This document shows, piece after piece, positions 6,768-13,800 of a stretch of 13,800 bases of DNA. The notes under the pieces were generated by a model. The model ran no database searches and was not told the origin of the DNA. It saw only the letters and a program-made list of their open reading frames with translations. Source of the stretch: Candidatus Eiseniibacteriota bacterium (GTDB lineage Bacteria; ARS69); NCBI GenBank assembly GCA_052390515.1, contig JBQTGV010000113.1:1-13800 (forward strand), given 5' to 3'. A program made the position numbers and the translations under genes. How positions within the stretch are numbered: the first letter of the stretch is position 1; each line of letters opens with the position of its first letter.

Positions 6768-8934
6768 GGCGGTCGCTCCTCCAGCGCAGCGCGTTTCCCT
6801 TCCCGGCATTGTAAGCGGAAAGAGCGAGCGCAGGTTCCCCGTCCAGGTCGCGGAGCAGCTCCGACAGGTAGCGCGTGCCGAGACGGATGTTCGTCTCGGG
6901 GCGGAACAGGTCCTCGCGCTCGAATCCGTCGATTCCCGCTCGTCGCGCCAGGTCGCGGCCGGTCGCGGGCATCACTTGAAGCAACCCGACCGCTCCGGCG
7001 CCTGAGACCGCCGACGCGTCGAACCAGCTCTCCTCCCGCATCACCGCGTACGTGAACCACGGGTCGAGGTCGTGCTCCCGGGACCAGCGGCGCACCGAGT
7101 CCACGTGCACGACCGGATACAGCAGCCGCGCGACGCGCGCCGGAAAATCCCCGGAGAGGATCTGCCGGCCGACGCGGGACTTCACCACGAGCACGGCGCG
7201 CATCGCCTCGCGCGGGACTCCGGCGCGAGAGGCGCTCTCCGCGAAGAGGACGAGCCCCACCGTGTCCCGTTCCAGCGAGCTGCGCAGCGTCGCGAGCTCG
7301 GCCTCGGCATCCGCGCCGAGCCCCGCGACGGCGAGGAGCGCGCCGCGCCGGAACGGTTCGCTCTCCTCGATTCGTTCGGCCGAACGGCCGGCCGAGCGCG
7401 TGTCCGTGCCGGGCACGAGCCGCGCCACCCAGGCGACGGGGTCTTCGCCCTCGGCGGCCGCGGGCGCCTGCGCCGGCGCGCACGAGGAGTCCGCACGGCG
7501 GGCACGCACGCGTTCCGCCCAGAAGCTGTCGGCGAGCTCACCGAGGAGGCGCTCGTACTCGGCGCAGGCCGAGGCCGGATCCCCCGCGCGCTCCGCGAGC
7601 GTCGCCTTCCAGTAGGTCGCCTCGGGGACGAGCGGCGAATCCGGGTAGCGGATGCGCAGGAGCTCCAGCGCGGCCGCCGCCTCGTCGAAGTGCCCCAGTT
7701 CCACGAGCGCGCGGCCGCGGTGCCAGGCCGCGTCGTCGGCCTGCTCGTGCGCCGGGAAGAGGCGCTGGAACTCGCCGAGACGCAGCGCGGCCTCCTCCCA
7801 GCGCCGATTGTCCTTGGCCTCCCGCGCCGCCTCCCAGAAAGCTGCGGCGCGCACCTCCTCCGGCCAGTCGCCGTCCGCGATGCGGTCGTACTCGGCCAGG
7901 CACGCGTCGATCTGACCGAGCTTCCACAGGCAGCGTGCGCGGTCCAGCAAGGCCTCGGCGCGGTCGTCCTCCGAGGCGCCGCGCGGCATGCGCTCGAGCT
8001 CGTCGCGCGCCTGCGAGAAGCGGCCGCGCGCGAGCAGCGCTTCGCCCAGGCGGCGGCGCGCGGCGCCTTCGAGCGCCGCATCCGGCGCATCCTCCAGCGC
8101 GACGAGCACGGCCTGGGCGTGCTGCTCGGCGAGGCTCGGGTGTCGGTTGGCGAGGGCAGCGTCGGCGAAGTCGATGCGGTCGGCCAGGTTCGGCGGACCC
8201 AGCTCCTGGAGACGCTCGATGGCGGAGACGGCCTGGTCGGCGGATGCGGCGCGGTCGACCAGCTCTCGGAGGACGCGGGCCTCGCGCTCCGCGTCGGCGG
8301 AGAGCCGCGCGACCTTCGCCTCGAGCTCCAGCAGGTCGGCGAGCGCGATCACCGACCGCCGCGGCACACGCTCGAGATCGGCGAGGGCCCGCTCCGCGTC
8401 GGCCAGCTCGAACGCGAGGCGCGCCGCCTCCCAGTACACCTTGGCCGCGAGGCTGCGGGTGCGCGCGGCCGCCCCCGCCTGCTCGAACGCGGCGAGCGCG
8501 TCCTTGGCCCTGCCGATGCGGACGAGGTTGAGCGCCGAACGGTACATCGCGTGATCGGCGAGCAACGGCTCCGTGGCCGCTGCGCGGGCGTACTCCTCGG
8601 CCGCGTCGGCGAAGCGATCCTCCATCTCGCGGATGCGGGCAAAGAGGAAACGGTTGGCCGCGCTCGCCAGCGAGTCGGGGCCGCCCCAGTCCTCGACCAG
8701 GCGGGCCGCGCCGGACGCGTCGCCCCTCGCGAGCGTCAACCGCACCCGGGGGACGCGCGCCCAGGCGGCGCCGCCGGCCAGCGCCTCGGCCATCATCCGC
8801 TCCGCCTCCGCCTCGAGGCCGCGGGAGAGCAGGTCGCTCACCCGATCCGCGGGAGCGGGAGTGGCTTCCTCCGCGACGAGCGGCGCGGGCGAAACGAATA
8901 GGACGAGCGCGGCCAGGGCGGCGGACGGTCTCAT
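6613..8934 (-). CDS. slt: Soluble lytic murein transglycosylase (Slt70-like, GH23) with long TPR/alpha-helical N-terminal region, about 773 aa
   Basis: Signal peptide MRPSAALAALVLFVSPAPLVA; TPR-like helices (FQRLFPAHEQADDAAWHRGRAL, LRIRYPDSPLVPEATYWKA). SLT motifs YAVMREESWF (catalytic Glu at 7030-7032), GAVGLLQVMPATG, NIRLGTRYL, ALSAYNAGKGN, ETYGYVQKV. Confidence 0.93.
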   Translation of the reverse strand: MRPSAALAALVLFVSPAPLVAEEATPAPADRVSDLLSRGLEAEAERMMAEALAGGAAWARVPRVRLTLARGDASGAARLVEDWGGPDSLASAANRFLFARIREMEDRFADAAEEYARAAATEPLLADHAMYRSALNLVRIGRAKDALAAFEQAGAAARTRSLAAKVYWEAARLAFELADAERALADLERVPRRSVIALADLLELEAKVARLSADAEREARVLRELVDRAASADQAVSAIERLQELGPPNLADRIDFADAALANRHPSLAEQHAQAVLVALEDAPDAALEGAARRRLGEALLARGRFSQARDELERMPRGASEDDRAEALLDRARCLWKLGQIDACLAEYDRIADGDWPEEVRAAAFWEAAREAKDNRRWEEAALRLGEFQRLFPAHEQADDAAWHRGRALVELGHFDEAAAALELLRIRYPDSPLVPEATYWKATLAERAGDPASACAEYERLLGELADSFWAERVRARRADSSCAPAQAPAAAEGEDPVAWVARLVPGTDTRSAGRSAERIEESEPFRRGALLAVAGLGADAEAELATLRSSLERDTVGLVLFAESASRAGVPREAMRAVLVVKSRVGRQILSGDFPARVARLLYPVVHVDSVRRWSREHDLDPWFTYAVMREESWFDASAVSGAGAVGLLQVMPATGRDLARRAGIDGFEREDLFRPETNIRLGTRYLSELLRDLDGEPALALSAYNAGKGNALRWRSDRHAPFDTDTYVAGITYAETYGYVQKVTRSWAIYRHLYGELVETLQPAPADPN
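6776..6782 (-). promoter_or_regulatory. Shine-Dalgarno site (GGAGGAG) embedded in the transglycosylase coding sequence, 8 nt upstream of ATG 6767
   Basis: Minus strand: cgctGGAGGAGcgaccgccATGcac. Confidence 0.55.
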
Positions 8935-8940
8935 GGTGCC

Positions 8941-8969
8941 ACCATCGGCGCGCGGCCGAGGTCGGTCAA
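8941..8969 (-). promoter_or_regulatory. Possible sigma70-type promoter directly upstream of slt (candidate leaderless transcript)
   Basis: Minus strand TTGACC (8969-8964), 17-nt spacer, GATGGT (8946-8941), 6 nt, then ATG 8934. The -10 is only a partial match. Confidence 0.35.
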
Positions 8970-9027
8970 GCCGGATGCCGAGCGAGCGTGAGCGAGGCGC
9001 GCGGATCACTGCTTTCGAGACGGAACA

Positions 9028-10632
9028 CTAGTGCCGGAATACGCGGCGCTTCGTGAACACCATCGCCGCGCCGGCGTCGTCCACGACCTGCACGGTCTCG
9101 GCGTCCCGCTTGGATCCGCCCGGCTGCGCGAGGGCGGCGGCACCGGCCTCGAGCGCGAGCTTCGGCCCGTCGGCGAACGGGAAGAACGCGTCCGATCCGA
9201 CCACCGAGCCGGCCAGGTCGTGGCCGTGCTCGCGGGCCTTCGCCACCGCGATGCGGACCGAATCCACGCGGCTCATCTGACCGGCGCCGACCCCGAGCAC
9301 TTGTCCGCCCCGGGCGAAGACGATGGCGTTGGACTTGACCGACGCGCACACCTTCCAGGCGAACTCGAGGTCGCTCAGCTCCGCCTCCGTCGGCGCGCGC
9401 CGGGAGACCGTCTCCCACTCCGGAGTGCGTGCGGCCATGCCGGGATCCTCCTGCAACAGGAAGGCGTCGCCGGGCAACGCGCGCCACTCGATCCGCGGCC
9501 TCCGGAACGCTTCCTCCGGGGCCTGCACGACGCGCAGGTTCTTCTTCTTCTCCAGCACCGCGAGCGCCTCCGCCGTGAATCCGGGCGCGACGACCACCTC
9601 GAGGAACAGCGCCTTCATCGCCTCGGCCGTGATGGCTTCCAGCGGCCGGTCGAACGCGGCGATGCCTCCGAACGCGGAAACCGGATCCCCTGCCAGCGCA
9701 CGATTCCAGGCCTCGACCTGCGTCGACCCGAGCGCAGCACCCGCCGGATTCGTGTGCTTGATGATCGCCGCAGCCGGGCGTCCGCCACCGAGCACGAAGG
9801 CCAGCTCGGCCGCGGCCACGAGGTCGATCCAGTTGTTGAACGAGAGCTCCGTGCCCCCGAGCTGACGCCAGCCGCCGGGCAGCTCCCCGGGTCGGGGCGC
9901 GCGCGGCGCGTACAGCGCGGCAGCCTGGTGTGGGTTCTCGCCGTAGCGCAGGTCGCCCACCTTGGTGAGCGAGAGGGCCACCGCGTCGGGAAGACGGGCG
10001 TCTCCGGCGAAGTCCCTGGCGATCGCGGCGTCGTAGGCCGCGGTGCGGGCGAAGACCTTCCCTGCGAGCCTGCGGCGCGTCGCGGCCGACAGCGCGCCGC
10101 CGTTGGCGTCCATCTCCTGGACGATTCCGGGAACGTCCGCAGGATCGCACACCGCGGCGACGTGCGCCCAGTTCTTCGCCGCGGCACGGATCATGGTGGG
10201 CCCGCCCACGTCGATCATCTCCGTGCGCTCCGCATCGGAGCCGCCGCGTGCCACCGCGTCCTCGAACGGATACAGGTTCACGCATACCAGGTCGATGGGG
10301 GAAGCGTCGCCGCGCTCCAGCTCGTCCAGGTCCGAGGGCACGTCGCGGCGCGCGAGGATGCCCGCGTGGATCTTGGGATGCAGGGTCTTCACCCGCCCGC
10401 CGAAACCCGGAGCGAGCCCGGCGTACTCCTCGATCGAGGTGACGCGGAGCCCCGCGTCGGAGAGCGCCTTGGCCGTTCCGCCGGACGCGAGCAGCGTGCC
10501 CCCGTGGCGGACGACGGCGCGCGCCAGTTCGGCGACGCCGGTCTTGTCCCAGACCGAGAAGAGAGCGGTACGGACGGTTCCGGGCGTGGGAGCCTCAGTC
10601 GAGCTCACGGCCGGTGAGTGCGCGGTAGACAT
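9028..10632 (-). CDS. purH: Bifunctional AICAR transformylase / IMP cyclohydrolase PurH (alternative starts 10608 GTG or 10668 ATG)
   Basis: ALFSVWDKTG, GRVKTLHPKIHAGIL, IDLVCVNLYPF, IDVGGPTMIRAAAKN, LRYGENPHQ, IIKHTNP, DPVSAFGGI, VKSNAIV, GAGQMSRVDS, SDAFFPFADG, QPGGSKRD, RVFRH. ATG 10632 has AAAGGT upstream. Confidence 0.98.
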   Translation of the reverse strand: MSTAHSPAVSSTEAPTPGTVRTALFSVWDKTGVAELARAVVRHGGTLLASGGTAKALSDAGLRVTSIEEYAGLAPGFGGRVKTLHPKIHAGILARRDVPSDLDELERGDASPIDLVCVNLYPFEDAVARGGSDAERTEMIDVGGPTMIRAAAKNWAHVAAVCDPADVPGIVQEMDANGGALSAATRRRLAGKVFARTAAYDAAIARDFAGDARLPDAVALSLTKVGDLRYGENPHQAAALYAPRAPRPGELPGGWRQLGGTELSFNNWIDLVAAAELAFVLGGGRPAAAIIKHTNPAGAALGSTQVEAWNRALAGDPVSAFGGIAAFDRPLEAITAEAMKALFLEVVVAPGFTAEALAVLEKKKNLRVVQAPEEAFRRPRIEWRALPGDAFLLQEDPGMAARTPEWETVSRRAPTEAELSDLEFAWKVCASVKSNAIVFARGGQVLGVGAGQMSRVDSVRIAVAKAREHGHDLAGSVVGSDAFFPFADGPKLALEAGAAALAQPGGSKRDAETVQVVDDAGAAMVFTKRRVFRH

Positions 10633-11476
10633 CCAGGTACCTTTCGCGTGCACGTTGGAGGATCTCATCCGGCACGTCGGGCGCCGGAGGCGTCTTGTCC
10701 CAGTCGAGCCCGTCGAGCCAGTCGCGGATCACCTGCTTGTCCCAGCTGTCCGGCGGCTCTCCGGGGCGATAGCCGGCCTTTCGCCAGTAGCGGGAGGAGT
10801 CCGGAGTGAGAACCTCGTCGATCAGGGCGAGCCTGCCGTTCACGGTGCCGAACTCGAACTTCGTGTCCGCCAGAAGGAAACCCTTCGCCGCGGCGACCCG
10901 GTGGCCGTGCTCGTACACGCGGATGGAGACGTCGCGCAGTGTCGCAGCGAGATCGGCGCCGATGAGCGCGGACATCTGCTCGAACGTGATGGGCTCGTCG
11001 TGCCCGCGGTCCGCCTTCGTCGTGGGCGTGAAGATCGGGCGAGGGAGCCGAGCGCCCTTGGTCAGCCCGTGCGGCAGCGCGATCCCGCACACGCTGCCTC
11101 GCTCCCGGTACTCCTTCCAGCCGGAGCCGGCCAGGTACCCGCGCACGACGCATTCGACGTCGACGCGGCGCGCCTTGTGCACCAGCGTCGCGCGGCCGGC
11201 GAGGTTCGGCTCGCTCCGGAACGGCTCGGGGAAGTCCCGGAGATCGACCGAGATCCGGTGGTTGGGAAAGACGGCGGCGGTCTCGGCGAACCAGAAGTCG
11301 GAGATCCCCGTGAGGATCCGTCCCTTGTCCGGGATGGGACGCGGCAGGATCACGTCGAACGCGGACACCCGGTCGGTGGCGACGAGCAGGAGGCGGTCCC
11401 CCAGGTCGTAGACGTCGCGCACCTTGCCGCGGTGCAGCGGAACGGGAAGCGTGGTCGCGGTCTCGTAGGCGGACAT
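10595..11476 (-). CDS. purC: Phosphoribosylaminoimidazole-succinocarboxamide (SAICAR) synthase PurC (alternative GTG start 11482)
   Basis: RGKVRDVY, LLLVATDRVSAFD, IPDKGRIL, VECVVRGYLAGSGW, PIFTPTTKA, GHDE, LADTKFEFG, IDEVLTPDSSRYW, DKQVIRDWL. Confidence 0.98.
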   Translation of the reverse strand: MSAYETATTLPVPLHRGKVRDVYDLGDRLLLVATDRVSAFDVILPRPIPDKGRILTGISDFWFAETAAVFPNHRISVDLRDFPEPFRSEPNLAGRATLVHKARRVDVECVVRGYLAGSGWKEYRERGSVCGIALPHGLTKGARLPRPIFTPTTKADRGHDEPITFEQMSALIGADLAATLRDVSIRVYEHGHRVAAAKGFLLADTKFEFGTVNGRLALIDEVLTPDSSRYWRKAGYRPGEPPDSWDKQVIRDWLDGLDWDKTPPAPDVPDEILQRARERYLDVYRALTGRELD

Positions 11477-11483
11477 GCTCACC

Positions 11484-12089
11484 TCACGTGCTCCTCGTCA
11501 CCCGGCCGTCGACGCGGATGCGTCCCGCGGCAAGGCGGCGGAGCGCCTCGGGGTAGATCCGATGTTCCTCTTCGAGGATCCGCGCGGCGAGCGTCTCCTC
11601 GTCGTCGTCGTCGTGCACGGGAACCGCCGCTTGCAGCACGATGGGGCCGGTGTCCACGCCTTCGTCCACGAAGTGCACCGTGCAACCCGACACCTTCACG
11701 CCGGCACGGAGCGCCTGACGCTGCGCGCGCAACCCCGGGAACGCAGGAAGCAGCGCGGGGTGCACGTTCAGCATCCTCGACGGGAACTCCCGGACGATCT
11801 CGGCGGGGACGATCCGCTGGAAGCCGGCGAGGCAGACCACCTCGACGCGATGCTCCGCCAGCGCGGACCGCAGTGATTCCACCCCTTGCGCGGACCATGC
11901 ACCCCGCGCCGACCCGGGATCGACGCACGCGACGGCGATCCCGACGCTTTCCGCCTTCGCCACCACGGGCGCGCCGACGCGATCGGTCACGAGCAGGACG
12001 ACCCTCGCCGGGCTTCCCGGCTCCCGAGTGGACGCGAGCAACGCGTCGAAATTGCTGCCCCGGCCCGAAGCGAGCACCGCGACGCGCAC
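11484..12089 (-). CDS. purN: Phosphoribosylglycinamide formyltransferase PurN, about 201 aa
   Basis: VAVLASGRGSNF, VCLAGFQRIV, LNVHPALLPAFPG, SGCTVHFVDEGVDTGPIVLQ, RILEEEHRIYP. GTG at 12089 with GGAGG upstream; the track's longer N-terminus lies inside comEC. Confidence 0.97.
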   Translation of the reverse strand: MRVAVLASGRGSNFDALLASTREPGSPARVVLLVTDRVGAPVVAKAESVGIAVACVDPGSARGAWSAQGVESLRSALAEHRVEVVCLAGFQRIVPAEIVREFPSRMLNVHPALLPAFPGLRAQRQALRAGVKVSGCTVHFVDEGVDTGPIVLQAAVPVHDDDDEETLAARILEEEHRIYPEALRRLAAGRIRVDGRVTRST

Positions 12090-12124
12090 GGCGACGATTC
12101 CCTCCCCGTTCCCGAGCCGCGGGC

Positions 12125-12153
12125 AGTCTAGAGGATGGCCGCGGTACCCGGAA
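12125..12153 (-). promoter_or_regulatory. Possible promoter for purN-purC-purH overlapping the comEC stop
   Basis: Minus strand TTCCGG (12153-12148), 17-nt spacer, TAGACT (12130-12125). Good -10, weak -35. Confidence 0.3.
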
Positions 12154-13800
12154 GCGGAACCTTCGGGAAGAGCTCCCGCGGACCTGGAAAACCCCGCACC
12201 CAGCGGATCCGGAAGCCGTGCGCGGTGGCGGTCAGCGTGATGGTCCCGTCCCGGTCGGTGCGAAGTCGCGCGGCGGAAGCCTGACGGATCCGGTTGAGCG
12301 CCTCGGTGTGCGGATGACCGTACGTGTTCCCGGTGCCGCAGGAGATCAGCACGAGCCGGGGTCGCACCGCGGCGAGGAGCGCCTCGCCGGTCGAGCCGCG
12401 GGAGCCATGATGTCCGGCGAGTAGCACCGGCGCCGGAAGCAGCGCCGGATCCGTGACGGCGAGCAACGCCGCCTCTCCGGGCTCGCCGAGATCTCCGGTC
12501 AGCCAGGCCCGGGCCGGACCCACGGACCATCGCGCGGAGAGGGAGCGCTCGTTCTCGTCGGCGTCCCCGGGGAGGTCGGCCGCCTGCCACGGGGAGACGA
12601 CGAGGAGCCGCGCCGGCAGCACCTCGATCGGCGTCGTGCCCGGCGCCACGACGGCGGTTCCACGGTCTCGCGCCAGGTGCACGAGCTCGGCCACGATCTC
12701 GGGCTCCTCACCGGAGCGCGGTGGGATCCACAGACCGGACACCCGCGCGCGCTCCAAGAACGGGGCGAAGCCCCCGGCGTGATCCGCATGGCCGTGGGTC
12801 ACGACCGCGGCGCGCAGGTCGGACTGCCCGCGGTGGCCGGCGGCGCGAAAGGCCACGGGGTCCCGCTCGAGGCCGGGGAGTCCCGCATCGACCAGCACGG
12901 CGCCGCGCGGGCTCTCCACCAGGACGGCGTTGCCCTGCCCGACGTCCAGCACGGTGAGGCGCTCCCGCGGCAGGTGCGCCAGCACGGCGAGAACGGCGAA
13001 GCCCGCCGCCACCCGCGCGATCGCGCCGCGCGGGCGCTTCCCGGCCGCCCAGGCGATCGCTGCGCCGGACGCCAGCAGACCCAGGGCGATGCCCGGCGCG
13101 GGTACCGGCACTTCGCCCCCCGGCAGCAGGGTCGCTCGACGGACGAGCGCGAGCAGGATCTCGCAGGCGAGGCGGGCCGCCGCGGCGAGACGCTCGCCTC
13201 CGTCCAGCGGAAGCGGCAACAGGGCGAGCGCTCCCCACCCGAGCGCCGCGGTGGACGGCGGCCCGGCGAAGAGGTTCGTGAGCGGCGACAGGAAGCTCGC
13301 GCGGCCGAACGACGTGGCGATGTCCGGCAGCGTTCCGAGTGTGATGATGGTCGAGAGCGCCAGGCCATCCAGGAGCGCGGCGGCGCGCGGCCGGCCCACC
13401 CTGTTCGGACGGCGAGCGAAGATCACCAGCAGCGCCGTCGCGGCGAAGCTCAGACGGAAGCCGATGTCGTCGAGCACCGCCGGGTCGGCCAGGATCATCG
13501 CGCCGCCGACCCAGCCGAGCCCGTCGAGCGAAAAGCCCCGCCGCCCGAGGGACGACGCGAGCAGCGCGAGCGTGGTGCTGCCGCAGGCGCGGAGGATCGA
13601 CGGCGGCGCGCCGGCCAGGAAGGCGAAGCCGACGAGGAAAGCGAGCACGAGCACGGTCCGCGGCCAGGTCGGGATGCCGGCGATGCGCAGGATCGCGGTG
13701 AGCCCGAGCGCGAGGATCGCGGTGTGCATTCCGGACAGAGCCAGCACGTGGGCGAGCCCGGCGCGGCGGAAAGCATCGCGGTCGGCGGTCTCCAGTCCGC
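12128..13800 (-). CDS. comEC: DNA internalization competence protein ComEC/Rec2, 5'-truncated by the window edge
   Basis: Frame is open to the edge: ...DAFRRAGLAHVLALSGMH (Competence domain), PPSILRA, DIGFRLSFAAT, many TM helices, then a metallo-beta-lactamase domain: LDVGQGNA, THGHADHAGG, WLTGD, GHHGS, YGHPH. Confidence 0.95.
   Translation of the reverse strand, partial: GLETADRDAFRRAGLAHVLALSGMHTAILALGLTAILRIAGIPTWPRTVLVLAFLVGFAFLAGAPPSILRACGSTTLALLASSLGRRGFSLDGLGWVGGAMILADPAVLDDIGFRLSFAATALLVIFARRPNRVGRPRAAALLDGLALSTIITLGTLPDIATSFGRASFLSPLTNLFAGPPSTAALGWGALALLPLPLDGGERLAAAARLACEILLALVRRATLLPGGEVPVPAPGIALGLLASGAAIAWAAGKRPRGAIARVAAGFAVLAVLAHLPRERLTVLDVGQGNAVLVESPRGAVLVDAGLPGLERDPVAFRAAGHRGQSDLRAAVVTHGHADHAGGFAPFLERARVSGLWIPPRSGEEPEIVAELVHLARDRGTAVVAPGTTPIEVLPARLLVVSPWQAADLPGDADENERSLSARWSVGPARAWLTGDLGEPGEAALLAVTDPALLPAPVLLAGHHGSRGSTGEALLAAVRPRLVLISCGTGNTYGHPHTEALNRIRQASAARLRTDRDGTITLTATAHGFRIRWVRGFPGPRELFPKVPLPGTAAIL

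Noticed and set aside
3564..8901. Plus-strand ORFs (368, 406, 609 aa) and alternative-frame minus ORFs (e.g. 5657-7483)
   Set aside because: They overlap well-supported genes and have Arg/Pro/Ala-rich or shadow-frame composition typical of high-GC DNA.
8970..9027. Terminator or repeat element after purH (cgct-rich stretch)
   Set aside because: No convincing hairpin with a U-tract; the short cgct reiteration is too weak to call.
12090..12127. ZTP (pfl) or purine riboswitch, or PurR box, upstream of the pur genes
   Set aside because: Only 38 nt precede purN and purC overlaps purH; no room for or match to these elements was seen.
9031..12424. Long plus-strand ORFs of 528 aa and 793 aa
   Set aside because: Antisense to purH, purC and purN; no recognisable motifs.
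1..13800. CRISPR array, IS or prophage, tRNA/rRNA, defence system
   Set aside because: The window is almost fully coding with uniform composition; no spaced repeats, transposase/integrase motifs or RNA-gene signatures were seen.

Overview
Very GC-rich bacterial chromosomal DNA (judged by eye, not computed) with nine tightly packed genes, all on the minus strand. In transcription order: comEC (5'-truncated), purN, purC, purH, a TPR-containing soluble lytic transglycosylase, a secreted NHL beta-propeller protein with a C-terminal FlgD-like Ig domain, a SEC59/DGK1/VTE5-family polyprenol/diacylglycerol kinase, a membrane-anchored PQQ-like 8-blade beta-propeller protein, and secA (3'-truncated). 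secA is missing from the ORF track because it runs off the window; I translated it by hand. The region looks like core genome: I saw no mobile element, CRISPR array or RNA gene, and I cannot claim a demonstrably new system. The items most worth a second look are the four-gene envelope cassette between purH and secA, a probable 155-nt gene overlap with an embedded Shine-Dalgarno site, an unexplained cytoplasmic domain on the PQQ-propeller protein, a possible leaderless promoter for the transglycosylase, and lineage-type insertions in SecA. The long plus-strand ORFs are interpreted as antisense shadows.
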